DNA of 61,548 nucleotides, filler included. It is 15 parts of 15 records of this genome, joined end to end, with 100 filler letters (N's around TTAATTAATTAA, not from the genome) between each part and the next. Parts side by side here need not be neighbours in the genome. Positions count along the whole stretch, not along the records: positions 43,749 to 48,332 come from SRR15195285_12412; positions 48,433 to 52,004 come from SRR15195285_12439; positions 52,105 to 57,502 come from SRR15195285_12440; 12 more parts are not named here. One strand, given 5' to 3'. This document shows, piece after piece, positions 43,813 to 54,499 of this stretch; within the stretch, counting starts at the first letter, position 1, and the number at the start of each line of letters is the position of its first letter. The position numbers and the translations under genes are program-made. The notes below the pieces were generated by a model. That model saw nothing but the letters and a program-made list of their open reading frames with translations, was not told the DNA's origin and ran no database searches.

Positions 43813-46713
43813 ATGGCTTCACCGCCACTGTGGTTGCTGGTGGTATCGGCCTTGGACGTACTTGCAGGCGTCGAGGCGACGACGCCGCGCTGGGCGCCCG
43901 CGCCGTCGCCGCTCATGACCCGTTGGTCCAAAGACGTCAGCCCGGATCTTGTGCCGGAGTACCCACGCCCGATGCTTGTCCGACCTGCCTCGACCTGGGC
44001 GCATTTGAACGGCCTGTGGGAGGTCGACGTCAACGCCACGGACTTGCAGTCGCCACCGTTTAAAACGAAGCTACCGCAGGAGATTCTAGTGCCGTTTCCG
44101 GTCGAGGCGCCTCTCTCCGGGCTCCGGAAGCTACCGCCTTTCTTCACAATGTGGTACCGGCGCATGCTGCCGCCACACGACTGTGGGACGGATCGCACCC
44201 TGCTGAATTTCGAAGCAGTCGACTGGAACACAACAGTGTATGTGAATGGCAAGCTGGTTGGCGGCCACATCGGTGGGTACGACGAGTTCACCTTGGACAT
44301 CAGCGAGGCGCTGGCGTCGAAAGGACAGAGCAACGAGTTGCTCGTGGGTGTGATTGATCCAACGACAGGCGTAAAGGGCAAGCAGCGGCGATCTGCAATG
44401 ACTGATCCACACGGCATCACCTACACAAGCTCTTCTGGGATTTGGGGGACAGTGTGGCTTGAGTGTGTGCCGTTGGTAGCTTCGATCGAAGAAGTGGTAC
44501 CTGTCTCCCTTGAAGATCTCAGCGGGTTCAGCATCGAGGTCTCCGTGCGCAACCAACGCCCAGCTCCCCAACACCATGCTGTGCAGGTGGTGCTTCATGG
44601 CAGTGATACTCGTGGCTGCGCGGATACTTCGAGGCGACAGCCTGTAGCTCAAGCTGGGGCGACCATAATTGAGTTGCAGCTTGCGCCTCCCTGCCGCAAG
44701 CTGTGGAGTCCGAAACGGCCACATTTGTACAATCTTACCATCTCATTGGTTGATACATCTACGTCTGCAACCATCGACAGCGTTGCGTCCTATGCTGGGC
44801 TGCGTACATACACCGTCGGAGATGACGGCACAGGCACTATGCGGCCCTTGCTGAATGGCAAGTTTGTGTACCAGATGGCGACGCTGGACCAAGGGTTTTG
44901 GCCCGATGGCAACTACGCTGCTCCGACTGATGCAGCTTTGCGCTCAGATCTGGAGGCTCACAAACAGCTCGGATTCAACGCTGTCCGCAAACACCAGAAG
45001 GTGGAGACCCGACGATGGTATCACCACGCAGATGTGCTGGGCCTCATGGTGTGGCAAGACATGCCGTGCTGTGCCGACGATACGTTTCCCGAGCAGCTGT
45101 CAAATGTCGTTCGGAAGCGCCGAATGCATCCATCCATCGTACAGTGCGTTTGCGAAAGCAATACCTGAGCGTGTTGACCAGCCCTGCCTTCAACTTTTTA
45201 AAATGAATGTGGCACCGACTAACTTGGACTGCTCGCTAACTTGCTACTCTCATACTGACGTGGCAACGCAGATGGGAGACTTTCAATGAGGTAAGTCCAT
45301 TGGAATGATGCAGACTGCTCCCCTTCCTGGCGCGCACCAATCTTATTGTTCTAAGAAGATTGTTGTACCATTCATCCACGGTGATTGTAAAATAATGTAC
45401 TGTGGTTTCAGGGTGGAGGGATGACTTCAGTCCAGTTTGTTGGTGAGATGGTTGCTTTGGTCAACAGACTCGACCCATCACGACCAGTAGACTCAGCAAG
45501 TGGAGGCAGAGATCTGTGCCACACTCCACCGATCCAGTGGCAATCCTGTGGTAAATTTGGCAACTTCACTGATGTTCACCACTGTGAGTCGTCAGCACTT
45601 GTGCTTCAGTCTACGCTGCACTCAAATATTCTTTCCCTCCACGCACCCACCCCTACCGCGTGCGCGTTCTTCCCGTATCGTGCACGGGCATTTTAGGTAG
45701 TTGCTGCTACGACTCTAGACTCTCATCAACTTGCTGCTGTAGACCCAGAGCCTGCCTCGCCTGGCGTCAGCAGCAAAGGTGCAAAGGTTGGACTACTCTC
45801 AGCAGGTGGAGCGAACGCCTCCGCGAATGGCACTGAGGGTACTCTCGTTCGACACTGTGACTCGGTTGGATACGCGCATCGTGTTGATGGCTCAAAGCTC
45901 AGCGACGCTGCCTTTTTCATTGTCCCCGCCTTGAATGGCGACTCGCGCCAAGCGGCCATCTCGCTGATGTCGACAAACGAGCAAGGTGCATGGCTTGGAA
46001 TCGATCCCCAAAAGGAAAATCGGCTGGTGTTAATGGGGGGCAAGATCTCTGCCGGAGACAAAGACGCAGGCTCTTTCCTGAAGGTCCCATCAATCACACA
46101 GACTGACGGCATGGCAGAGAGCACCTTCTCACTGCAAAGCCTCATACAACATGTGCCAACGTCACATACTTCCCCTTTGTATGTGACACAATACTTCGAC
46201 AGCCCGTCCACAGTTGGCTGTGGTGGATGCGTGGCGCCGAACGGCGCAGCTCCCTCACCTTCGCACAAGTACGGGCAGTGCATAGGGGACTATGTTGGCG
46301 GTCGAGACGTAGCCAACATCCCTGACAAGCGTCTAGCGGTGTGGTCGTTGCTCCCAATCAGTCCAGCAGAACCACCCCCGAACAATTGGACCGCACACGT
46401 TAACGGAGAGTACGGTGGTATTGCTTTGGACCCTGGCAATCTGAATCCCCCCCACCCTGAGTGGGCAGCTGGAAAGTGCCGTGGTTATGGATCAAAGGGA
46501 AGCAGCGACTTATTGACGCAAACTTTCATCGACTACAGCCACGACATCGCCCAGCTCCGCGACGCGCATGGGTTGAGCGCCTCCGTTTACACCCAGATAA
46601 CCGATTGTGAAACCGAATGCAACGGCATGCTGACATATGATAGAATCATGAAACCTAACGCGCTGAGGATCAAGGCTGCTAACGACGCACTGACGACAGA
46701 GCCTATGTTCTAG
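43813..46713 (+). CDS. Secreted GH2 glycoside hydrolase with internal AbfB/CBM42-like insert, 4 exons
   Basis: PEYPRP, LNGLW, VPFPVEAPLSG, SGIWGTVWLE, LDQGFWPDG, GFNAVRKH. Exons 43813-45143, 45272-45290, 45412-45583 and 45743-46713 give HPSIVQWETFNE..DVHHYPEP..GEYGG..VYTQITDCETECNGMLTYDR. Confidence 0.9.
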
Positions 46714-46855
46714 GTGACGGACTGTGCGCGACGAAGCCGCCAGCTCTCGGGACCGAGCTCGATCTAGTGTCACTGTAAGCGACGGAGCTGACATCTACAG
46801 CCAGCAGGCATTGCCGACGGGGCGCTAATGCATTCGATCCGCTCCAATCATTGAT

Positions 46856-47888
46856 TTACCCCGCCTTCCTTTTTGTACCCCCGCCGGCGGCGCTGCCAGC
46901 TTGCGCCTTCTTCTGCTTTGCTGCTTCAATAGCGCTTTCTAGCTTGCCCTCCTTCGCGAGTACCTTCATCAGCTCAACGCAGAGCGGAATCCAGTTGTGT
47001 CTCCGCCGTGTGTTCTCAACCTGCCAGCGCTCTCGCTTCCTGTCTTCGTCCGCGATCTTTGCCTTCAGCTCCTCGATCTGTGCCGCAACCATTCCGTCAT
47101 CGCCACCTTGCCCCTCCAGCACGCTGATTTGCTCCCGGTACACGCTCCGGCGCTCCTTAACCATGGCCATTCTACGGGTGGGGGCGTGCGGGGACGCGCG
47201 GACGTAAGCTTGCGATATCGTGCGTCGGAGTGGCTACTGCACTAAGATCATGTGGACACCGCCACAGGTGCGTTTGGGACGTACAGATTGAAACGGATCT
47301 CCGAGCCTGCGTACATAGCCATGCGCGCCTCAATTACGGGGCGTGCCTTCTGCAGCCACTCGCCGGGGCTGGCCACTTCACCGTGATCGATGGGCCCGCG
47401 CTGCAGTCCATCGAGCTCGATCAGACGGCCGTTCTTCTCGATATATCCAACGAAGTGGAACGCGTCGCCCTCCTTCTGGTTCGGATCTTCAATGCTGACG
47501 AACCCTTGGTGCGAGAAGCTATTGTGTGCCGCGCGTATGGATTCGCTGTTGCTGATCGCCTCGCCTCGCATATCTGCTGGCATCTCTGCGGTGAACTCCT
47601 TGAGCTGCGACAGCTCCGGGCCGACCTCGATCTCTTCCTTGTTCAACAGGATCTGAATCAGCGCCTGCGTCGCGCAAGCGTTGTTGACCGTCTGGTTCGC
47701 AAAGTAGATGGTCGGGTCCTCCGAGATAGTCGGCGGCGCAGTGCCGTCCGGCGGCTTCTGCCACTTGAACAGGAAGATCAGGCCGTGGATATGGCCCATG
47801 CTCGCCAGCGTGTCATCGTCCAGCGAGTACAGCTCGTCCAGCTGCACATCCTTGACCTGGAACGCGCTCAGCAGCTCTGTGAACACCC
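46856..47888 (-). CDS. UCHL5: Ubiquitin C-terminal hydrolase UCH37/UCHL5 (first exon missing)
   Basis: GVFTEL, GLIFLFKW, QTVNNACATQA, AFHFVGY, ELDGL. EIRFNL, intron 47172-47284, MAMV. C-terminal ENTRRRHNWIP. Confidence 0.93.
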
Positions 47889-48215
47889 CTGCGTCACAGA
47901 AGACAGCCCGTCAGCAGACTGCCCGCGCAGCACTGTAGCGGAGCATCAGGCACCAGGCAGCCGATAGCCCGTTCTCTGCACCCCTGAGCGTACGGACCGC
48001 CTCACGAGAGCACAAAGGGACAGACAGGTGCCAGAACAGGCTCCGTTCGCGATTCGGCTCGCCTAACCACAGCCTTGCGATTCTAGCCAGTGTACACTCT
48101 CTCTGGCTGCGTATCTGTCCCCATCATCTGCCATCATCTATTTGTGTGCTGCCCACCCCTCTGTCTCGCAGCCTATCACTCTGCCTGGCCATCTGTCGAT
48201 CTCTCTGTCTCGCTA

Positions 48216-48329
48216 CCATCGCAGGGACAATACTGCTCAGGGCGAAGGGCGGGGTCTGGCGAGGGGGGCTGGCGAGGGGTGGCTGGCGATGAAGCCGAGG
48301 CCGCCATCGCAGGGACAATACTGCTCAGG
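48216..48329. repeat. 26-bp direct repeat pair CCATCGCAGGGACAATACTGCTCAGG
   Basis: Identical copies at 48216-48241 and 48304-48329, next to the contig end. Confidence 0.9.
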
Positions 48330-48432
48330 ATGNNNNNNNNNNNNNNNNNNNNNNNNNNNNNNNNNNNNNNNNNNNNTTAATTAATTAANNNNNNNNNNNN
48401 NNNNNNNNNNNNNNNNNNNNNNNNNNNNNNNN

Positions 48433-49041
48433 GCGCGGTGGTTCGGTCTTCAGACGCTCGTGGAGTGGTGCGAGTCGACGTGGACACGGCATCTAGGTCG
48501 ACTGCAGGTGTGTGACCACTACGTCGCGAAGGCGGCTGGGCGGTTCACGTTCAGCTATGCGCTCAACCGCACGCAGTATGACCATTTTTCAAAAAACGAA
48601 GAAACTCGACGCGACCTGGGCCCATGTGCGTTGTCAATCTGTGGATGCGTCTACGACCCAACGAGGAGCACCGAAGAGGATTGTTTGCATCATCCCGGGC
48701 AATTAGGGTATAAGTACATGATTGCTGACGATTACCGAATGATTGTAGCGTCTGTTCCCGTCTGGACGTGCTGCAATGTAGTTTCGGCGCAAGATATCAA
48801 GAAACTGCTTCGTGGAAACCCCATAAGGGGGGTTCATGAGGGACTTACGACGGTCGACTGCCCGATCGGTGAGGTCCCAGGGTGCCAGCGTGGTAGGCAT
48901 GGATTGCGCGAGTCCGAGCCACCTTTAGGGGTTGGTGGCAACCGAGAGGGCTGGCAGGCTCAATGCCAATACAGCAAGGAATGGGAACGGGCCTTTCGGG
49001 TCGAAACCGTTGTGGACAGGAGTAGGGGTGAACAGGAGTAG
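48433..49041 (+). CDS. Protein with CHORD-like Cys/His zinc-binding motif (5'-partial)
   Basis: ICGCVYD..DCLHHPG..WTCC..GCQRGRH matches CHORD ligand order. Confidence 0.55.
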   Translation, partial: ARWFGLQTLVEWCESTWTRHLGRLQVCDHYVAKAAGRFTFSYALNRTQYDHFSKNEETRRDLGPCALSICGCVYDPTRSTEEDCLHHPGQLGYKYMIADDYRMIVASVPVWTCCNVVSAQDIKKLLRGNPIRGVHEGLTTVDCPIGEVPGCQRGRHGLRESEPPLGVGGNREGWQAQCQYSKEWERAFRVETVVDRSRGEQE

Positions 49042-49835
49042 GGTGGCACTAGGGTGTCGTGGTGGAATACGGAATTCGCACTGTGTCGAAAGCAGACATG
49101 CAACAGATTGTTGCACCGGGTCAATGCCTGGATGAATACAAAGCACAGGTCAGGCGTGACCACAACACCCACCACCGACACCACAAAGTGGGAATCTGAG
49201 GTCGTGAAGAGCGTCCGTCATCTTAATGCATTTCATTTTCATTTGTTTCATTTTGATTCATTTGAAGTGCGCCAGACGCGTCGATCAGACTGCACAGTGC
49301 CCAGGTAGAATTGGAGTTATCGTGTGAATAAGTGTTATCGCACTAGTCTAGTCTAGTGTCATAACACTTGGAGTCACAGTTTACGCGGGTGCCTGCTGAA
49401 TCGCGACTGAATACTGGGCCGAATTCATCGCAAAGCGCCGGGGTCTACGAACACACCTTTGTAAATTGCATCACTTGGGCAGCTTGCACCCGGACATATC
49501 AATTGTCTATCTACAGACGTGTACTGGTACAGCGTACACTATCACTAATGAACATGTACAGTACACTTGAAGACACAAGAGTCACTCGCCGGGAGAGGCG
49601 GCGTGACCTTGACAGAATGGTGGAGTGAATATCCCGTGGATATTTCACGTGACACTGGTTAATAGCCCAATTTGACTTGAATACCCTGAACGTAGAATTG
49701 TATGCTATTCAATTGGATATACACAGACATTCAACCGCCCTAGTAAACAGACTTGTGGTCGCCGTCGCAGGCACAAGCTCGCGCCACCAGACACGCCTCG
49801 GGTTGCCACCATGTGCGCAGTTGGCCGTCACGGGC

Positions 49836-52004
49836 TCACGGCTCAAGCACTGGTGTCGGCGCACGATCAACTGTTGCCACAGCTTGTGGTACTATCCGGA
49901 CCTTGTCACGCCGACACCAGCGACACCACAAACCACGCGTCCGCGCTCGGAACCAAAGGACTGGCCAGATTAGGAAGCCCACGTACCAAAGCCACGATGG
50001 CAGCGTTTGCAGCGGGTCATTGACGAATACGGTCACAGAGCAAAGCATCATCGTCCACAAACCCAGTACAAGCATCGCCTCGTATGCTGCCTGTGTCTTC
50101 AGTTCACTGTAAACTGGCAGCACTTGGGCAAGCAATAGATTGGTGCCAACGAGAACGATGAAGCAAAGGCTGAGCACTTTCGGATAAGTAGTGAAGAGCA
50201 GCGTACAACTCGAGAGCACAACCTGAGTCATCTGCACCACCAGCCCGAACTTACCAGCATGCGGTGTTGTGCTCAACGTCGACGCCACAAGCGTCTTGAC
50301 TTCGCCCCACCAAGTGCCTCGGAAGCCCGACGGCCCTTGAAGTACGAAACGCAGCCAGCACCCGCGGTAGTGGTACGGCAAGGCACCAATCTTACCGCCA
50401 ACAATCGAAAGACGTAGAGCACACAGCGTATATAGCGGCAGCAGGATTGCCGTTGGGGTCGCGTAGTATACCAGGTGGTCGCCCTCGAAACACAAAACAG
50501 TTACGTCCCGATCCCATGTCAGTGCCTCTGCGTCTGCATCTGTCACCTCCGCTTGGTTGCCGGACTGACTGGTAGCGTTGATAGTGGTGCTAGTACAGTC
50601 CACAGCCCTCACCAGCGTTTGGATGATTGCCGGCATGAACGCAAGCGTCACGACCAAGACGAACGGTGTGATGGCCGAACTGCATGTCTTCGCGACCTGA
50701 GTGGTGCGACTGCCTTCGAGCTTCTCTTGGTGTAAGGCCAATCTTTCATGGCGCAGCTCCGCTGGGACCTTCTTGCCAGCCATCTGAAGGCCTTGGATCT
50801 CGAGCCGGACACGCTCGGCGTGACTGTCCGTCTTCTGCTCCTCACGTTCGATCAGACGTTGCAAAGCACCATATGCATCGCTCAGCACAAGCGTGATGTA
50901 GATAGCGGCCGTAGTGGCGCAGGCGGTGAATGATGGCCCGAAGTGCCAACCTGATAAAGATGGTAGCGCAAGCCGCAGCGCCGGCAACAGCTGCTGCATC
51001 GGCGCGACGGGCTCTGCCCACGGGAAAGACTGGTCGAAGGCAAATGAGAGCACCAGCAGCGTCGCTACGAAGGTCTTGTAGACTTGGATCAGCGCGTCGA
51101 GCTTTGGCAGGTTTTTGAGTTCGCCTAGGATGGCGCCATCGATGCTCCAGAGCTTGGCCGTAGAGTCAGCCGCCGCTGTGATGAGGCGCCACTGCCCGGG
51201 TGAGGACTCAAAAGCGCCCACCGCAAGCACGTGTGACTTGGCTGACACGACAGCCACGCAACTGTCGTCATCCAGCTTCCACAACCGGGCGGTTGTGTCT
51301 TCCGAACCCGTCAGCAGATGCCATCCGCTCTCGAGCTGCAAGGGAACCACCTGGCTGACTGATCCTGTGTGGCCTTCGAACTCGCGCACGGCCTCGCCTT
51401 CTGCCGTCCAGAGCCGTACCTTGTGGTCCTCCGCGCCAGTCACGATAAGGTGCTCGTAGCCCGGGCCTCGCTGCAGCGCGTGCACCGTCGTCACGGATCC
51501 AGTGTGGCCGGCGAACGTGACGTGTGCTTTCAACCTCTCGGTGTCTGTCTCGCCGGCGGTCCACTTGGCGCTGTTGTTTAGCTGCCAAAGATAGGCCTTG
51601 TGGTTTGTCCAGCCACCGAGAACGCACCAGCGTCCAGGCGCAGCCTGGAATGTGGCAACGCAGGCAGCTGCTTGTGCGACCCCTATGCTCAGCTCGAGAA
51701 CGCGTTTGCCCGACTCGGTCGACCACACAGCGATACCAGTGCTATCCACGTCGCCGGTGACCAGCCGCCAGTTCCCACGCCCTTGCTCGACGACGGCCAC
51801 ACTTTTTATCAATCGCTTGGTCTGGATCTGTCCCGTCCATGTTAGAGCAGTTGCAGAGTCTACAGTCATGCCACCAAGATCGAATACTCTAACAAGCCCT
51901 CCACTAGTCGTAGACGCTAGTACTTCGTCTTCATCCGTCCAATCGCTGTCCTCGTCGAGGATTAGGTGAAAATCCCGCTGCTCCTCCTCCTCCTCCTCCT
52001 CCTC
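49836..52004 (-). CDS. WD40-repeat protein fused to a multipass membrane domain (5'-partial)
   Basis: GHTGSV..VTGAEDHKVRLW and GHTGSV..LTGSEDTTARLW, then about 7 hydrophobic segments with a VDC..VLCF Cys pair. Frame is open upstream to a poly-E run at the contig edge. Confidence 0.8.
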   Translation of the reverse strand, partial: EEEEEEEEQRDFHLILDEDSDWTDEDEVLASTTSGGLVRVFDLGGMTVDSATALTWTGQIQTKRLIKSVAVVEQGRGNWRLVTGDVDSTGIAVWSTESGKRVLELSIGVAQAAACVATFQAAPGRWCVLGGWTNHKAYLWQLNNSAKWTAGETDTERLKAHVTFAGHTGSVTTVHALQRGPGYEHLIVTGAEDHKVRLWTAEGEAVREFEGHTGSVSQVVPLQLESGWHLLTGSEDTTARLWKLDDDSCVAVVSAKSHVLAVGAFESSPGQWRLITAAADSTAKLWSIDGAILGELKNLPKLDALIQVYKTFVATLLVLSFAFDQSFPWAEPVAPMQQLLPALRLALPSLSGWHFGPSFTACATTAAIYITLVLSDAYGALQRLIEREEQKTDSHAERVRLEIQGLQMAGKKVPAELRHERLALHQEKLEGSRTTQVAKTCSSAITPFVLVVTLAFMPAIIQTLVRAVDCTSTTINATSQSGNQAEVTDADAEALTWDRDVTVLCFEGDHLVYYATPTAILLPLYTLCALRLSIVGGKIGALPYHYRGCWLRFVLQGPSGFRGTWWGEVKTLVASTLSTTPHAGKFGLVVQMTQVVLSSCTLLFTTYPKVLSLCFIVLVGTNLLLAQVLPVYSELKTQAAYEAMLVLGLWTMMLCSVTVFVNDPLQTLPSWLWYVGFLIWPVLWFRARTRGLWCRWCRRDKVRIVPQAVATVDRAPTPVLEP

Positions 52005-52494
52005 NNNNNNNNNNNNNNNNNNNNNNNNNNNNNNNNNNNNNNNNNNNNTTAATTAATTAANNNNNNNNNNNNNNNNNNNNNNNNNNNNNNNNNNNNNNNN
52101 NNNNTGAATAAACAAGCGCCGGAGTGTATTTAAAGGGGAGTGAAACACACACACAATAGTATCCATCAATGGTACTCACGAACAGTACTCAGTAGGTTCT
52201 ATAGACTATACTATTCATAGTACTACTACATAGTACCTTAGGTACTGGTAGTATAGTACATAGTATACATCTAGAGTACTAGTAGGAAGTTCCTAGCGGT
52301 ACTACAGTAGTACTATGGATATATTCAATATTGTGGTTTTGGCGGACGTTGGCAGCTGTTGACGGTACAGCACCACGCATAGGAACATCACCGATTTCGG
52401 ATACTGGTACCTGGATATGCCTGTCCAACCGAGAGCAAACCACAGCCAGCAGGTCTGAGCACACGGCCCAAACCCTCGGCCAGCAAGTTGCAGG

Positions 52495-54354
52495 ATGGCA
52501 CCTCGAATGGGCTCGAAGCGTGCCGACCAAGAATATGCTTTGGAGACACATCCTCTTGCCAAGTGGGGCCTGCTCATCGTGAACTTCCTGATCGCAGGGT
52601 TTGGCGTCGCCGTGCTAGCGCTGGTCGGCATGATGATCAGTGAGGAGAGTGCCACATCCGCGGCCATCACACCACTCATTGTGCTGGGATGCTCATTCCT
52701 CATCATCGGCTGCTTGGGTATGTGGGCCAGCTACGCGTCCGGCGATGTGGAAAGAGCGTACACTCGGAAAATCCTGGGTGCATACTGGCTATGCCTGTTC
52801 TTCGGAACCGTCCTCGCGGTGTGGATGCTCGCCTACGCAACGGTAAACTTCCCCAAGATCGAGGATAAGGTCATGAGGCACTTCGAGGAAAACTGGAGAG
52901 AGCTTGTGGTAAGCCTGCCAGAGGAGGTGCTGGACAAGGTCCCACGCTCGTGCGGCGGGAACAAAGTCAACCAGTGCGACTTCAGCATCTTAGGAGCGGA
53001 CGAGCCTGGGTTCGCTGACCCGTCCGACCCAACAGAAGACGAGATCGACGCGTGCACTGCGGTCACGTCCGAGGCGGAAGAGGGCGAGGATCAAGTGATT
53101 TGCGTATACGAGGCTCCGTGCCCCATGCCGCCGATGTGCGCCGGGGAGTACGACAGCGACGCGGACGGCGAAGCCGACACTGAGTGTCCGGACATGACTC
53201 CCAAGTGCGTGAACACCAACGGCGAGCCATGCGAGGAGACGGACGAGTTCTGGTGCGATCCGGTCCAGGCCAACTGTGCTGCTGGCTGCACCATCGTTGA
53301 GCCTGCTAACGAGGAGGATGACTGCCCGACCGACCGGGGCTGCGACTACTTTCCCGCGGAGGAAGGTGAAGCGCTCTGTGTGGAAGAAACAGTTGAGTCC
53401 ACGGCAGAGGACGGTCGCCGTCTTCAGGATGATACGGAGGAGCCGGAACCCGAGCCGTTTATGCTGGGATCTCCAGAAGACTTTGAGGCACAGTGCTGGA
53501 ATACGATCAAAGAATCCATGATGTTGAAACAGCGGACACTTGGCGTCTGCTTGCTCATCGTTGTCATCCTGCAGATTTCGTGCATGTTCTGGTGCATCGT
53601 GCTACTGACTCCCCACACGGCCATCAACTCAGTTCGGCAAGCGATTGACGCGGGGATGACTGTCGCAGGGTTTCTAATCTTTGCCACTGGTTTGATCATG
53701 GCAAGGGAGCTAAACTTTGAGGAGACGAGCGGCCTCAGTCTACCCCTCATAGTTCTCGGCCTCTTCATGGTCTGCCTCGGTATCCTATTTGGGTGTTACT
53801 CACAAAAGTACGCGAATTGTGCCAAATACGCGACCGCTGTTTACGCCTTCCTCTTCATCGTTATGGGTGCAATGGCCATTGTGTGCATCGCATATGAAGA
53901 CTCGGTTAGCGAGCAAGTCGCCGAGAAAGGAGACGACTGGCTCGGCAAATTCTGCGATACTGATTGCTATGCTGATATACAAGGCAGATTGAACGGCACG
54001 CGCGGTGCTGACACAGCATGCAGTACGCCTCCAGACGGCGATGACGAATGTTATGCGCAGTACAACTGGGCAGGGAACAAACATCTGGACATCGCATGCA
54101 ACTCCACTGCGCCGAACACTGTCAGTCAGCTGTGTGAGTGTCCGTGCAAAGTTGCCAAGGCGGTAGCTCACGTAAAGGAAGCGACTGAGGAGATCATCAT
54201 CTCAAAGATAATGAGTTCGGTCAACACGATGGGCTGGCTCTGTATCCTCATTTCAATCTACCTACTAATTGAGGTGTTCGCGCACCTCTACATTCACAAT
54301 TCGCATTGGGATGGTTTTGAGCATGACGAGGCAACTATGGAGCGAGGTATCTGA
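52495..54354 (+). CDS. Tandem (double) tetraspanin-like 8-TM protein with Cys-rich extracellular loops
   Basis: Two units of TM1-TM2-TM3, Cys-rich loop, TM4. The LIVLG motif of TM2 is present in both halves, with GCLG in the first and ILFGC in the second. Confidence 0.75.
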   Translation: MAPRMGSKRADQEYALETHPLAKWGLLIVNFLIAGFGVAVLALVGMMISEESATSAAITPLIVLGCSFLIIGCLGMWASYASGDVERAYTRKILGAYWLCLFFGTVLAVWMLAYATVNFPKIEDKVMRHFEENWRELVVSLPEEVLDKVPRSCGGNKVNQCDFSILGADEPGFADPSDPTEDEIDACTAVTSEAEEGEDQVICVYEAPCPMPPMCAGEYDSDADGEADTECPDMTPKCVNTNGEPCEETDEFWCDPVQANCAAGCTIVEPANEEDDCPTDRGCDYFPAEEGEALCVEETVESTAEDGRRLQDDTEEPEPEPFMLGSPEDFEAQCWNTIKESMMLKQRTLGVCLLIVVILQISCMFWCIVLLTPHTAINSVRQAIDAGMTVAGFLIFATGLIMARELNFEETSGLSLPLIVLGLFMVCLGILFGCYSQKYANCAKYATAVYAFLFIVMGAMAIVCIAYEDSVSEQVAEKGDDWLGKFCDTDCYADIQGRLNGTRGADTACSTPPDGDDECYAQYNWAGNKHLDIACNSTAPNTVSQLCECPCKVAKAVAHVKEATEEIIISKIMSSVNTMGWLCILISIYLLIEVFAHLYIHNSHWDGFEHDEATMERGI

Positions 54355-54499
54355 GCATGCTGTAGAACCGGGAAGTGACGTTGGTATGATTGCGATTGGG
54401 TTGAAGAAGAGGCACGATACAAACAGCGCAAGCTAGCATGTGATATAGTCCCCTTTGAGCCGTGTTCTGCAGAGTTTCGAATTCCATTGCCTTCATTAA

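Noticed and set aside
48216-48329. CRISPR array
   Set aside because: Only two repeats, a low-complexity 62-nt spacer, no cas genes, and a eukaryotic intron context.
52150-52330. TAGTAC-rich tract as a satellite or telomeric repeat
   Set aside because: Irregular low-complexity intergenic sequence with no fixed period.
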